The notes: generated by a model from the sequence alone, not told the origin. A stretch of 64,000 bases of DNA from Candidatus Chisholmbacteria bacterium (GCA_963704905.1 CAVPHZ010000001.1:259438-323437), one strand, 5' to 3'; counted from the stretch's first letter, positions 46,272 to 56,901 are shown. Numbers and translations are program-made.

Positions 46272-49115
46272 CTACTTTGGCTTGGCCGCAAAGGGGCAAA
46301 TGCGATTGTATTCGCAAAAATTGCATGGGAACGGGTAGCCTGGTTTTGCGGGAAATTGGGAGTCTTTCATCTTTTGAGTCATCTTGATTAAATACTCCTC
46401 TTCGCGCTTTAAATCTTTTTCGTCCCTGGAAGTGGTGATTTTCAAGTTTTCTTCAATAAAGTAAAGACTCATTTTGTTGATGTTGATGCCAAATGCTTCT
46501 TTGGCTGCAAGGCCGTAGATGGAAAGTTGTTTGTCTTTATCAACAGATTTTTGATCACTCGGAGCGCCGGTTTTGTAGTCAACAATTTCTAGTTCGTCAT
46601 CAGTTTCATCGATGCGATCGATTTTTCCGACAAATTGGACTCCAGCAATATTGAGTTGAAAACGTTTTTCGAGAAGCTTCGGTTTCCCTAAGACAGACTT
46701 GAATTCTTGATGATAGGTTGTTAAGGCTTTATTACCAGCTTTGAAACGCTCTTGTTTGTGACTCTCTGATTCGTATCCAAGTTCGATGAAATTCTTTTTA
46801 TAAATCGTTAAGAAGGTTTTTAAGTCTGGAATCGTTCCCTGCTGTTCGTGCCGATGAAACTCATGAAGCGTGTTATGAATTGTTTCCCCAAACGAAAGTG
46901 CATGATGTGGTTCCGCTGGAACCCTGAGCAAATATCGATATTTGTACTTCAAGGGACAGGCAAGAAATGTATCGATTTGACTATAGGAAAGGCGTTTTAT
47001 TTCAATCTCTCCTTTTTTATCTAAATAGCGAACAGTTGGTGAAGAAAATCCTTTTTCGAGAAGGGAAAGTTGCGATGAGGTTTGCTGGGCTTTTTTTTCT
47101 TTAATACCTGTTTCTTTTAAAAAACCGCTCGGTTTTCTTTCTCTCACACCACCGTAATCTTTGGCATAGGAAAAGAAGAGGTAATCCCTGGCTCTGGTCA
47201 TAGCAACGTAGAATAGACGGCGTTCCTCTTGAGTGAATTCACTCCCTTGGGGAAGTTCTTCTTTGATTAGCTCCTCTGGAAATGCAATTGGATCTCTTCT
47301 ATTAATTGAAGGGAATCTACCAACGATAAGTGAAGGAACAAATACCACTGGAAATTCGAGACCTTTGGCAGCATGAATGGTGAGAAGGTTAATTGTGTCA
47401 ATGTCTTCAATTACGGCTTGGGCTGGATTTTCTCCAGCTTCTTCCCACAACTCGAGTGTTTCGATGAAGTCTGTTATTGTTGATTGCTTGGTCGTTGTTT
47501 CGGAACGTTTTATTTTTTCAAAGAGGAGGTTGATGTTTTTTATTTTTAATTGATTTTCGATTGTCTCTTGTTCCGTGAACGTTAAGATGTAGCCAGTTTT
47601 GAAAATAAAGGTGTAGAGTAGCTTACTCACCGGCTCCGACAGTGCCTGGTCTTGAAACTTCTGAATCATAGTGATAATATCTTTTATCCTCTGGTCATCT
47701 TCATTTTTGAGTATTTCCCAAAGCGGGCTTTGCAGGCTTCTGGCTTTATTGAGAAGCTCTAGAAGAAAATCTGCTGAGAGGCCAAGCACTGAGAGATGCA
47801 AGAAGTGAAATAGTGAGCTAGTCTCTTCTGGGTTGGCAATGACTCGCAATACATGTAAGAGCTCTCTTACCTCTTCTTGGTTAAAAAGCCCTCGATTTCC
47901 GATGAGCTGGTATGGCATCCCTGCTCGTCTGAATCCTGCAACAAAAGGGTCTAGGTGGGCATTAGCGCGTGCGAGGATGGCGAAATCCTTATATGAGTAG
48001 TTATGTTTGGCGAGGAGCTTGAGAATTTTACCTACGACAGCGTCGACTTCATTGGTTTCGGAAGTGGCGGCTATGATTTGCGGTGTATTAAATTTTTCCT
48101 GCCTCACTGGTTTCAGATTTTTGTTGATGTTCAATTTATTCTCTAATCTGTCTGGATTGTTATTTTGAATGAGTTTGTAGGCACTTGTGAGTAGAGATTT
48201 GGTTGAGCGATAATTTGTTGTTAGTACTACTTCTTTGGCTTTCGGGTAGTCTTTTTTAAACTCTAGGATGTTACTCACCGCAGCGCCTCGAAATTTGTAG
48301 ATGGATTGGTCGTCGTCGCCAACGACGATAAGGTTTGGATTTTGGCTGGCTGGGGCAAGAAGTTTGATGAGTTGGTATTGTGCGTAATTCGTATCTTGAA
48401 ATTCGTCTACAAGTATGTGGCTGAATTGATTCTGGTATTTTTTCAGAATTGATTTTCTTTGGCGAAATAGAAGGAGCGTTTTGGTGATGAGGTCTCCAAA
48501 ATCTAGGAAGGAGTCTTTGATTTTCAATTTCTCGTAGGTGTCAAAGGCTTTGGCGAGTTCTAGAACTCTTTGCGCTTGCTCTTGTTCTTCTTGGGTTTTA
48601 GCCTTTTTCATTTTTTTCGTCGCATATTTGGTTAATTCTTCGGTGGTGGTATCTTCGTCTTTGGCTCTGGAAAAAAATTTCAGTAGTGCCGAGATGAACT
48701 TGGTTGGATTTCCCAATGGGCGATAGTAGTTGAGCTTGAACTCAAATAGATGTTTTTTCAACATTATCCATTGGTCCACAGGAGTTATGATTTTGTAGCT
48801 CGGATCCAGTCCAATTTCCAAGGCCTCAGCGCGGAGGATGCGATCGCATAGGCTGTGAAAGGTTCCAAGCCAAGGCTCTTCGTAGCCTAGAGGCATGACG
48901 ACGTCTAATCTGTCTAACATCTCGGTTGCTGACTTGTCTGTGAAGGTCGCCGCAAATATATGAAGCGGGTCAATGTTTTTCTTGTGAATCAAGTACTTAA
49001 TTCTCTCTGTCACTACCGTGGTTTTCCCACTCCCGGCGCCAGCAATGATGAGCAGTGGACCTTTCGAATGTGTAACCGCTTGTTTTTGCTGTGTATTTAT
49101 CTTTATCTGATTCAT
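46272..49115 (-). CDS. UvrD/PcrA-type helicase fused to C-terminal PD-(D/E)xK RecB/Cas4-like nuclease (AddA-like)
   Basis: N-terminal LLIIAGAGSGKTTVVTERI, ...VDEFQDTN..., TIHAAKGLEFPVVFV; C-terminal nuclease GKIDRIDETDDELEIVDYKTG with Cys-cluster (FLACPLKYKYRY ... CNFCEYNRICPF). Confidence 0.8.
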   Translation of the reverse strand: MNQIKINTQQKQAVTHSKGPLLIIAGAGSGKTTVVTERIKYLIHKKNIDPLHIFAATFTDKSATEMLDRLDVVMPLGYEEPWLGTFHSLCDRILRAEALEIGLDPSYKIITPVDQWIMLKKHLFEFKLNYYRPLGNPTKFISALLKFFSRAKDEDTTTEELTKYATKKMKKAKTQEEQEQAQRVLELAKAFDTYEKLKIKDSFLDFGDLITKTLLLFRQRKSILKKYQNQFSHILVDEFQDTNYAQYQLIKLLAPASQNPNLIVVGDDDQSIYKFRGAAVSNILEFKKDYPKAKEVVLTTNYRSTKSLLTSAYKLIQNNNPDRLENKLNINKNLKPVRQEKFNTPQIIAATSETNEVDAVVGKILKLLAKHNYSYKDFAILARANAHLDPFVAGFRRAGMPYQLIGNRGLFNQEEVRELLHVLRVIANPEETSSLFHFLHLSVLGLSADFLLELLNKARSLQSPLWEILKNEDDQRIKDIITMIQKFQDQALSEPVSKLLYTFIFKTGYILTFTEQETIENQLKIKNINLLFEKIKRSETTTKQSTITDFIETLELWEEAGENPAQAVIEDIDTINLLTIHAAKGLEFPVVFVPSLIVGRFPSINRRDPIAFPEELIKEELPQGSEFTQEERRLFYVAMTRARDYLFFSYAKDYGGVRERKPSGFLKETGIKEKKAQQTSSQLSLLEKGFSSPTVRYLDKKGEIEIKRLSYSQIDTFLACPLKYKYRYLLRVPAEPHHALSFGETIHNTLHEFHRHEQQGTIPDLKTFLTIYKKNFIELGYESESHKQERFKAGNKALTTYHQEFKSVLGKPKLLEKRFQLNIAGVQFVGKIDRIDETDDELEIVDYKTGAPSDQKSVDKDKQLSIYGLAAKEAFGININKMSLYFIEENLKITTSRDEKDLKREEEYLIKMTQKMKDSQFPAKPGYPFPCNFCEYNRICPFAAKPK

Positions 49116-49126
49116 TATTTTGGAAA

Positions 49127-50173
49127 TTACGACTTGCCCTTGTCTGGAGTGTCAATTTTGAGTTGGTCCTCATCGCTCTTTAACCGCTCTGTGGTAGTGA
49201 GTTTTTGCCCCAGTCTGATAAACGTGTTGCTTACCTCTGAAAACTTGTTGTAGGCGTTCCCGATGTGCCCACCGAGCGTTGTAAGGTGTGCTTCGACTCG
49301 CTCATAATCCTTTTGAATCGCTCGTAAAAGAATAAATATTTCTTTTGAGCGTGACTCAATTTTTTTACCCTCAAAGGTGAGGAGTATCATTTGTAAGTGT
49401 GCATACAAGGTTGTGGGTGATACTGGATAGACACGCTTTTGACGAGCATAATCTGTCAGACTATTGCTGTTGACGATTTCGTAGTACACCGGTTCACTGG
49501 GAACATACATCAAAGCAAAATCCATAGTACCTTCTTCTGGAAGAATGTATTTTTTTGCGATGTCATCGAGGTGTTTTCGAACATCTTTTTTAAAATCCTG
49601 CCTGGCAGTTTCCCTGTCTTTTTTTGTTTCTCCTTCAATAATTCTCTGGAAATTTTCCATGGGAAATTTTGAATCGATAGGAAGAATGCCAGCGTCAGTT
49701 TGAATAGCAGCGTCGACTTTAGTTCCCGATTTGAACATGTACTGGAGATGAAATGTTTTTTTGGGAAAGATTTGGCTAATGAGGTCCCCTAATACCTGCT
49801 CGCCAATATTTCCTCGAAGTTTTGGACTTTGAAGAAATGACTGCAGATCTCGCATTGACTGAGAGATAGAAGAAAACTGACCAGCTTCTTTTTGTAGTGC
49901 ACCAATAACCTCAGCAGCTTTATCGAGGCGTTTATTGAGCGAGTCTGAGGTTTTGAGTAAAGTGTCGGTAACATTTTTGTTTGATTGTTCAAGTGATTTT
50001 GCTAAAACTCCCTGAAGCTCTTTGATATCTTTTTGGGTTGATTTTGCCCATTCGAGAAGAGTGTTGTCTTCATCTGCCTTTTTCAAGCTTTCGAGCTTGC
50101 TTGAAATATACCAAGCAGAGAGAGCAAACCCAGCAACTATAATACTTGAAAGGAGATAGACTTCCCTTGGCAT
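49127..50173 (-). CDS. rmuC: DNA recombination protein RmuC
   Basis: N-terminal TM, long coiled coil, C-terminal RmuC domain (...DAAIQTDAGILPIDSKFPMENF...MDFALMYVPSEPVYYEI...). Confidence 0.7.
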   Translation of the reverse strand: MPREVYLLSSIIVAGFALSAWYISSKLESLKKADEDNTLLEWAKSTQKDIKELQGVLAKSLEQSNKNVTDTLLKTSDSLNKRLDKAAEVIGALQKEAGQFSSISQSMRDLQSFLQSPKLRGNIGEQVLGDLISQIFPKKTFHLQYMFKSGTKVDAAIQTDAGILPIDSKFPMENFQRIIEGETKKDRETARQDFKKDVRKHLDDIAKKYILPEEGTMDFALMYVPSEPVYYEIVNSNSLTDYARQKRVYPVSPTTLYAHLQMILLTFEGKKIESRSKEIFILLRAIQKDYERVEAHLTTLGGHIGNAYNKFSEVSNTFIRLGQKLTTTERLKSDEDQLKIDTPDKGKS

Positions 50174-50183
50174 GATGTATCCC

Positions 50184-50318
50184 TTATGATAGTACTCCAG
50201 AAAGTGAGTTTATGAGAACCACTGCTCCGACTGCAATAACCCCAATCCCAATAATATACAGGAGCATTTTTTTATTTCCTTCTTTTGACATGAATGGGAT
50301 TGATGATTCTTTGTTCAT
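50184..50318 (-). CDS. Possible 44-aa single-TM micro-protein upstream of rmuC
   Basis: Hand-translated minus strand: MNKESSIPFMSKEGNKKMLLYIIGIGVIAVGAVVLINSLSGVLS; stop 10 nt before the rmuC start. Confidence 0.25.
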   Translation of the reverse strand: MNKESSIPFMSKEGNKKMLLYIIGIGVIAVGAVVLINSLSGVLS

Positions 50319-50382
50319 GACGTCGACATTGTACATTCTTTTTTACTCAAGAGCAAAAAGATAAAGCATTACCAGCATAACG

Positions 50383-50718
50383 ATGAAAAAACTCCCTAAA
50401 AAGCGATTTCTGCCTACCATCCTATTCGGTGCGCTTTCGTGGTTGGTTGTTATTTTCTTGGTTCTTTTTGTTGATCCTATTGTCTTGCGGGATTTTCCGT
50501 TACACGGATTGTATTTGCCATTTATATTCTTTCTGTTTTTCGCTCTTTTCTTCAGCTGTTCGTTTATCCTCTTTCATACAAGAAGAGGGTTTTTTATTTC
50601 AATTGGTGTGATTGCATATCTCTATCTTCGATTATTTGGTCTTGGACACTATCTTAATCTTTTGCTGTTACTCTCTTTTTTTCTGATCTTGGAACTTGCT
50701 CTTTCATCCCGAAGCTAG
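50383..50718 (+). CDS. Hypothetical small membrane protein (3 TMs)
   Basis: 111 aa hydrophobic ORF with basic N-terminus MKKLPKKRF. Confidence 0.35.
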   Translation: MKKLPKKRFLPTILFGALSWLVVIFLVLFVDPIVLRDFPLHGLYLPFIFFLFFALFFSCSFILFHTRRGFFISIGVIAYLYLRLFGLGHYLNLLLLLSFFLILELALSSRS

Positions 50719-50779
50719 GATTGACAGTTCAAAGTCATCCATGCTATACAACACTTAGTTCATCTAATTAAATTGTTAC

Positions 50780-51151
50780 TTGTTTAAGATGCAGGTCTCA
50801 AATAGAAAACTCAACTCCACTTTGGAAAAGCAAATTTTCTCTGTATTTCACCAGATGTTATCCGATTTACGCACCCCTGAAGAAGCTAAGAGAGTTTTTG
50901 AAGATTTGTTGACTGAAACTGAGCGAACCGCATTAGCTAAGCGACTTGCAATTGCCGCGTTTTTAGATAAAGGTCGAAGCTATGAGAACATCCGTGAGAC
51001 ACTGAAAGTTTCATCGGCTACGATAGCCTCTGTAGCCGAGCAGATGGGCAACCCGGGCATTCAGCTTGCTCTAACTAAGATTAAAGCTGAGGAGTGGGCT
51101 GATGAATGGGCTGAAAAAATTAGTGGCTTGTTTAAGAAAATTCGAACGTAG
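50780..51151 (+). CDS. TrpR-like YerC/YecD family DNA-binding protein
   Basis: ...LLTETERTALAKRLAIAAFLDKGRSYENIRETLKVSSATIASVAEQM... matches the YerC/YecD (Trp repressor-like) pattern. Confidence 0.6.
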   Translation: MFKMQVSNRKLNSTLEKQIFSVFHQMLSDLRTPEEAKRVFEDLLTETERTALAKRLAIAAFLDKGRSYENIRETLKVSSATIASVAEQMGNPGIQLALTKIKAEEWADEWAEKISGLFKKIRT

Positions 51152-51233
51152 TGTGATCTTCTCTTAACCTGATTCCCCTCAATAGTTTATCCAGTTCTGA
51201 TACAATTATTTTATTAGTTAGTCATATTTCATC

Positions 51234-52670
51234 ATGAATAATCGAAAGTACATAACCGCGGCAATCCCATATGTTAATGCGAAACCACATATTGGTCATG
51301 CATTGGAGTTTATTCAGACAAATACTCTGGCACGCTACTATCGACTCCTTGGGCATGATGTGTTAACGCTATCTGGAGGAGATGAAAACGCGCTTAAGAA
51401 TGTTCAAGCTGCAGAACAAGCAGGCGTTGCTATTCAGAAATTTGTGGATGAGAACACTGAGCGATTTCGAATACTTTCTGAACAACTCAATGCACCATTT
51501 GATATTTGGCAAAAAGGAAGTGATACAAATAGGCATTTTCCTTCAAGCCAGAAGCTTTGGATGCTATGTGATCAGGCAGGAGATATTTACAAAAAACCCT
51601 ACACAGGTCTCTATTGCGTTGGTTGTGAAGCATTTTATTCTGTTGAAGAGCTTGATGATACGGGAGAGTGTTTCGAACATCCTGGCAGATCTCTGGAGCA
51701 AGTTGAGGAGGAAAATTATTTCTTTCGTCTTTCAAAATATCAAGAGCGACTTGAAAAGCTTATCAGATCTAGGTCATTTGAAATCATCCCTGAAACTCGG
51801 AAAAATGAAGTGTTAACATTCATTCAGAGCGGTCTTCAAGACATTAGCATTTCTCGAACTAATGAACGGGCTCGGAATTGGGGCGTGCCAGTTCCAGGCG
51901 ACCCAACTCAACGAATTTATGTATGGTTTGATGCCTTAAATATCTATCAATCTGGTATTGGATTTGGTTGGGATGATAAGACATATAAAAAATGGTGGCC
52001 TGCTGATACTCATGTTATTGGAAAAGGGATCATTCGCTTTCACGCTATTTATTGGACTGCCTTCCTGCTTTCTGCAGGTCTTAGGCTTCCGAAACGATTG
52101 TTTGTGCATGAATATTTCACTGTTGATGGCCAGAAAATGAGTAAAACTATTGGGAACGTCTATGATCCTACCCCGCTGGTAAAAGAACGCGGCGCGGATC
52201 CGCTTCGTTATTATTGCTTGGCAAAGATATCACCATTTCTTGACGGAGATTTTTCTGAAGTGAAGCTGTTTGATGCGTATAATTCCGACTTAGCAAATAG
52301 CCTTGGAAACACCGTTCAACGAGTAGCAACCTTATGTGAACGCTCAGGTTTTTCGTTTAAACAAGATGACCCGCCAGGCTTTCGGAGTGAAGTTCAAGCG
52401 GCAATGGCTGTGTATCGTTTTGACCTAGCCTTGCGAGAAATCTGGAAATCGATAAGTCGAGTTGAAAAAGCACTGGAGCGCTCTCAACCTTGGAAGCTCG
52501 AAGGGAAGAAACTTCTGTCAACACTTACAGAAATGGTTGCTCATTTACGACAAGTTGGTTTTGAACTGCAGCCGTTTCTGCCGGAGTCAGCTGAGAGGAT
52601 TCTTGAAATATTCCGTGGTTCAACGATTACAGCTCCGAAGCCTTTGTTTCCTCGATCAGAACAACCTTAG
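51234..52670 (+). CDS. metG: Methionyl-tRNA synthetase (short form, no C-terminal tRNA-binding extension)
   Basis: HIGH motif (PHIGHA), zinc knuckle CVGCEAF...C, KMSKT motif; 478 aa. Confidence 0.85.
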   Translation: MNNRKYITAAIPYVNAKPHIGHALEFIQTNTLARYYRLLGHDVLTLSGGDENALKNVQAAEQAGVAIQKFVDENTERFRILSEQLNAPFDIWQKGSDTNRHFPSSQKLWMLCDQAGDIYKKPYTGLYCVGCEAFYSVEELDDTGECFEHPGRSLEQVEEENYFFRLSKYQERLEKLIRSRSFEIIPETRKNEVLTFIQSGLQDISISRTNERARNWGVPVPGDPTQRIYVWFDALNIYQSGIGFGWDDKTYKKWWPADTHVIGKGIIRFHAIYWTAFLLSAGLRLPKRLFVHEYFTVDGQKMSKTIGNVYDPTPLVKERGADPLRYYCLAKISPFLDGDFSEVKLFDAYNSDLANSLGNTVQRVATLCERSGFSFKQDDPPGFRSEVQAAMAVYRFDLALREIWKSISRVEKALERSQPWKLEGKKLLSTLTEMVAHLRQVGFELQPFLPESAERILEIFRGSTITAPKPLFPRSEQP

Positions 52671-52690
52671 CTAGAGAAATCGACTTTATT

Positions 52691-52951
52691 TTAATCAAAT
52701 GCAATATGGGATTTGATGTTTTTTGCTACCTCGGATGGGTTTTCATATGACCAGGCTGCGTCTTCATTTTTCTCTCCCTCAATTAGGAGATGCCAATAGG
52801 TGGCTTTTCCTTTCCAGGGATAGGTGTAGGGTGTTTCACTTTTTTTAAACCACTCCATTTTCAAAGAATCTGGAGGAAAATACTGGTTTCTTTCGATAAC
52901 TACTGTTTGGTCGCTCTCGGCAATACTTTTATCCTTCCAAGTTACTTTCAT
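52691..52951 (-). CDS. DUF427 domain protein
   Basis: MKVTWKDKSIAESDQTVVIERNQYFPPDSL...TYPWKGKATYWHLLIEGEKNEDAAWSYENP matches the DUF427 conserved pattern. Start set at the internal Met; the track start 53032 would overlap tatD. Confidence 0.55.
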   Translation of the reverse strand: MKVTWKDKSIAESDQTVVIERNQYFPPDSLKMEWFKKSETPYTYPWKGKATYWHLLIEGEKNEDAAWSYENPSEVAKNIKSHIAFD

Positions 52952-53012
52952 TACATGCTCCTTTCTCAGATAGGTTATTATTACAATTATCCGCCAATAG
53001 GCATTATTTACT

Positions 53013-53840
53013 GTGATGATTGACACACACACGCATTTAAATTTTCAGGCCTTTGAGAATGACTGGCAAGCGGTTGTAGACAGAGCCATCGATACTGGCG
53101 TGGGTAGTATGATCGTGGTTGGAACAGATGTTGTAAGTAGTCGAAAAGCGATTGAAATGGCAAGTGCTCATCCCTCGCTGTTTGCCAGCGTCGGTGTACA
53201 TCCGCATCATGCAAAAGGTATAGTCGAGCAATCCAAAGCAGTGAAGAGTGAAATAATGCAGATTCGATCACTCCTCAAACATCCTCGAGTAGTGGCAGTT
53301 GGTGAGGTTGGATTGGATTATCACATCTATCAATATTCGAGATATTCTCAACCTTACAACAATGATGAGTCGAATACGCTTACAACACTTCAAAAAGAGC
53401 TATTTATTGCTCAGGTTCAGCTGGCTGTTGAATTTCATAAACCACTTATTATTCATAGTCGAGATGCAAAGGAAGAGGTATTGGATCTTCTTTTATCTGA
53501 GGTACCTTCTTTAGGAAGTGATCCTAGAGGTGTGTTCCATTGTTTTGAAGGGAGTAAAAAGTACCTCTTGAGAATACTAGATGCAGGTTTTTTTGTAAGC
53601 TTTACGGGAAATATTACCTATAGCGAAGATCGAGAAAAAGTAGCCTCGCTGGTTCCTCTCAATAAACTTCTTCTTGAAACTGACTCGCCGTTTATGACCC
53701 CTATGCCTCTGCGGGGAAAGCGTAATGAACCTTCCTATGTTAAAATTGTTGCGGAAAAGCATGCTCTATCTAGAGGTGTTCATTTTAATGAAGTGTTAAA
53801 ACACACTCAAGAAAATGCTCTTGAGTTATTTCATCTATGA
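53013..53840 (+). CDS. tatD: TatD-family metal-dependent hydrolase/DNase
   Basis: MIDTHTHLNF..., GEVGLDYH, ...IIHSRDA..., FHCFEG, ETDSPFMTP. Confidence 0.8.
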   Translation: MMIDTHTHLNFQAFENDWQAVVDRAIDTGVGSMIVVGTDVVSSRKAIEMASAHPSLFASVGVHPHHAKGIVEQSKAVKSEIMQIRSLLKHPRVVAVGEVGLDYHIYQYSRYSQPYNNDESNTLTTLQKELFIAQVQLAVEFHKPLIIHSRDAKEEVLDLLLSEVPSLGSDPRGVFHCFEGSKKYLLRILDAGFFVSFTGNITYSEDREKVASLVPLNKLLLETDSPFMTPMPLRGKRNEPSYVKIVAEKHALSRGVHFNEVLKHTQENALELFHL

Positions 53841-55324
53841 GTAATTTAAAAAAAAGCGGTATTGGACGACCACCCCGTTGGCTGGAATTCATCCCAGGTT
53901 TGTTTTCCTGGTCACTCATCTTGTTTCCTTTTTGGGGATCTTTGATTGTTCCAGTTGCGGTAGCCTACTATGTGCTTGCGTTTGCGGTGTATTGGCTCTA
54001 TCGCTCAGTGTCTACCGCAGTACTTTCTGTCATTGCTCATTTTCGCATGCAATCAGCTCAGGTATATGATTGGATGAGTGACTTAGCAGTTTTTCCAGAT
54101 TGGAAAGACATTCATCATGTGATACTCATTCCTACTTACAAAGAACCTTTACATACTCTGAAACGCACATTAAAAGGAATTGAGAAACAAACGTTACCAA
54201 AAAATCAAATAAGTATTGTCGTTTCATTTGAAGAAAGAGAAGGAGGGGTAGGTAAGAGTAAATCTCATGCTCTTCAAAGGGAATTTGGAAAAGTCTTTAA
54301 AAACTTTTTTATCACCTTCCATCCCGATCTTCCCGGTGAGGTGAAGGGAAAGTCCTCAAATACATCCTGGGCAGCAAAGTTTGTAAAAAAAGAACTGGTT
54401 GATAATCAAGGGTACGATATTTCCAAAATGACAGTAACGAGTGAAGATGCAGATGCGGTGCTTCACTCGAATTATTTAGCAGCTTTAACGTATTCTTTTC
54501 TTGATCATCCTCATAGACACCGTCGAATTTGGCAAGCATCGATCGTTTTTTATAACAACATTTGGAGCGTACCAGCACCAATACGAGTATTGGCAACGAT
54601 TTGGAGTGTCGTTCAGATGTATATTCTCATGCGTCAAGATAGGCTTATTAATTTTTCTACTTACTCTACTAGCCTGAAGCTCATTCATGAAATAGGTTAT
54701 TGGGATGTCGATGTCATTCCGGAAGATTATCGATTATTTTTTAAAGCGTATTTTCATTACAAAGGAGACATTGAAGTTGAGCCTATATTTTTACCTGTTT
54801 ATGCTGATGCTGCTCAGTCAACAAGTTATTGGAAAACGATGGTGAATCAATATGAACAGGTAAAGCGGTGGGCATGGGGTGTATCTGATGATCCGTATAT
54901 TATTCAAAAATGGCTGGAAGCTAAAGATATTTCTTTTTGGGAAAAGACGATTCGAGTTGTTAAAGTTCTCGAGGATCACTTTCTATGGCCGGTTAACTGG
55001 TTTGCAATTACCATCGGGGCACTACTTCCTCCTTTAATCAATAAGGAATTTTCTCGAACAATACTCGGGAAAACTTTGCCACAGGTATCATCATTTATAT
55101 TAACGCTTTCTCTCGTTTCTTTGGTCGCAATAATATTTATTGATGCACGCCAACGACCACCACGACCAGCTGAAGTGTCGCTTCTCAAGAGACTTTTTCA
55201 ACCATTTGAGTTTTTGCTACTCCCTATTGTGGGATTTTTCTTTAATGCTCTTCCAGGTATTGATGCACACACCAGGCTGATGTTTGGAAAATACATTGAA
55301 TATAAAGTAACGGAGAAGGTGTAA
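53837..55324 (+). CDS. Membrane-embedded processive GT2 (cellulose/PNAG-synthase-like, QxxRW motif)
   Basis: N-terminal TMs, GT2 core (HVILIPTYKEP...TSEDADAVL), Q-x-x-R-W as QVKRWAWG, C-terminal TMs. ATGA overlap with tatD. Confidence 0.65.
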   Translation: MSNLKKSGIGRPPRWLEFIPGLFSWSLILFPFWGSLIVPVAVAYYVLAFAVYWLYRSVSTAVLSVIAHFRMQSAQVYDWMSDLAVFPDWKDIHHVILIPTYKEPLHTLKRTLKGIEKQTLPKNQISIVVSFEEREGGVGKSKSHALQREFGKVFKNFFITFHPDLPGEVKGKSSNTSWAAKFVKKELVDNQGYDISKMTVTSEDADAVLHSNYLAALTYSFLDHPHRHRRIWQASIVFYNNIWSVPAPIRVLATIWSVVQMYILMRQDRLINFSTYSTSLKLIHEIGYWDVDVIPEDYRLFFKAYFHYKGDIEVEPIFLPVYADAAQSTSYWKTMVNQYEQVKRWAWGVSDDPYIIQKWLEAKDISFWEKTIRVVKVLEDHFLWPVNWFAITIGALLPPLINKEFSRTILGKTLPQVSSFILTLSLVSLVAIIFIDARQRPPRPAEVSLLKRLFQPFEFLLLPIVGFFFNALPGIDAHTRLMFGKYIEYKVTEKV

Positions 55325-55383
55325 TTTATTATTGACATCAAAAATAACTTAGATTCTTCGTTCTCTGATGATAGAATGAGTTC

Positions 55384-56901
55384 ATGAACTTGGATCAGTC
55401 TTCTTTGTCGAACGTATTCATCTCCTTTGTTAAACGTTATAAATTTCTTTTTCTCTTACTTCTATTTATATTTTTTCTGCGAATTCCATCATTGATGGAG
55501 CCGAATCGATATGCCGATGAGGATATTTATTTAACCCTCGGTCATGGGATGCGACAGGGATTGGTGTTTTATCGTGATATTCATGACAACAAACCCCCCC
55601 TCCTTTACGTGGTTGCTGGTCTGGCTGGAAATTTGTTTTGGTTTCGATTCATTCTTTTGGTTGTCCATGCCATCGGCGTAGTGATTTTTTATAAACTTGC
55701 AGAGCTCGTTTTTGATAACAGAAGATGGGCGATCTTGATTTCAACGCTCATTTTTGGATTGTTCTCCACGCTTCCTCCACTTGAAGGAAACATTGCTAAT
55801 GGGGAAAATTTTATGATCGTATCGGCTTTGGCTGGTGTGTACCTCCTTTATCGAGCTTTAATTAATCTAAACGAACATGATCGAATATGGGTTTACCCAC
55901 TCGCTGGGTTTCTTTTTTCAATTGCATTTCTTTTTAAAATACCGATTGCATTTGATTTTGCTGGGATAGTTCTCTTTTGGTTGTTTTTTGTTGAACCGGA
56001 ACTACGCCTCACTCAACGTCTGGCTCGTCTATTTTCAAAAGAGTTTATTTTATTGATCGGTGGTTTTCTGATGCCAATACTTCTAAGTATTGTGTATTAC
56101 GCTTTTAACGGAGCCTTCGAACCCTATGTACGTTCAGCACTCATGCAAAATATTGGCTACCTCTCTAGTTGGGGTGGGGAGGGTGGTTCTGTTCTTCAAA
56201 ATCCACTTGTTTGGAGAGGATTGGTTGTTATTGGTTTAACGGGTTTGCTGCTCATTTTTTCAAAACGCATATCTCTAGCATCCCGATTTGTCTTGGTATG
56301 GACTGTATTTTCAATGTATGGAGCGCTTCTCTCAAGCCGGCCATATCCCCACTATTTATTGGAGCCTTTAGTTCCCGTATCTCTCCTTCTGATGTTGGTG
56401 ATTATTCAGTTTCTTGAACGAAGAGCTATTTCGTTGAGTATATCTATTCTTGTTTTAGTCCTCATTATCGTTTCGTATTATCAAATTGATTTTTGGGAGT
56501 ATGAAACGCTCTCGTATTACAGGAATTATGTAGATTATGCTTCAGGAAAAAAGAGTTGGGATGACTATCTAAAATATTGGGGAGCGGGGAGGAACTATCA
56601 AGTAGCGTCTTATCTTCAACACCATACCAGCGAGAATGATCGAGTGTATGTTTGGGGGACTGAGCCAGCGATTTACTCAGTGTCAGGTCGATTACCTGTC
56701 AGTCGATATACTGTTGCGTATCATGTTGTTGACTTTGATGCGTATGACCATACGATTCAAGCAATTCAATCAGAAAAGCCTATGTATATTGTCGTGTTTG
56801 AAGACGGACCTGATTTTGAAGCGTTACATGCGCTTCTTGAAAAAGGATATTTGTTGGAAACAACCATTGATGGAGTGTCTGTCTACCGAATTCTGTATTA
56901 A
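55384..56901 (+). CDS. GT-C glycosyltransferase, ArnT/PMT (GT39/GT83)-like
   Basis: 505 aa polytopic; first-loop motif NRYADEDIYLTLGHGM... as in ArnT/PMT-family enzymes. Confidence 0.6.
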   Translation: MNLDQSSLSNVFISFVKRYKFLFLLLLFIFFLRIPSLMEPNRYADEDIYLTLGHGMRQGLVFYRDIHDNKPPLLYVVAGLAGNLFWFRFILLVVHAIGVVIFYKLAELVFDNRRWAILISTLIFGLFSTLPPLEGNIANGENFMIVSALAGVYLLYRALINLNEHDRIWVYPLAGFLFSIAFLFKIPIAFDFAGIVLFWLFFVEPELRLTQRLARLFSKEFILLIGGFLMPILLSIVYYAFNGAFEPYVRSALMQNIGYLSSWGGEGGSVLQNPLVWRGLVVIGLTGLLLIFSKRISLASRFVLVWTVFSMYGALLSSRPYPHYLLEPLVPVSLLLMLVIIQFLERRAISLSISILVLVLIIVSYYQIDFWEYETLSYYRNYVDYASGKKSWDDYLKYWGAGRNYQVASYLQHHTSENDRVYVWGTEPAIYSVSGRLPVSRYTVAYHVVDFDAYDHTIQAIQSEKPMYIVVFEDGPDFEALHALLEKGYLLETTIDGVSVYRILY

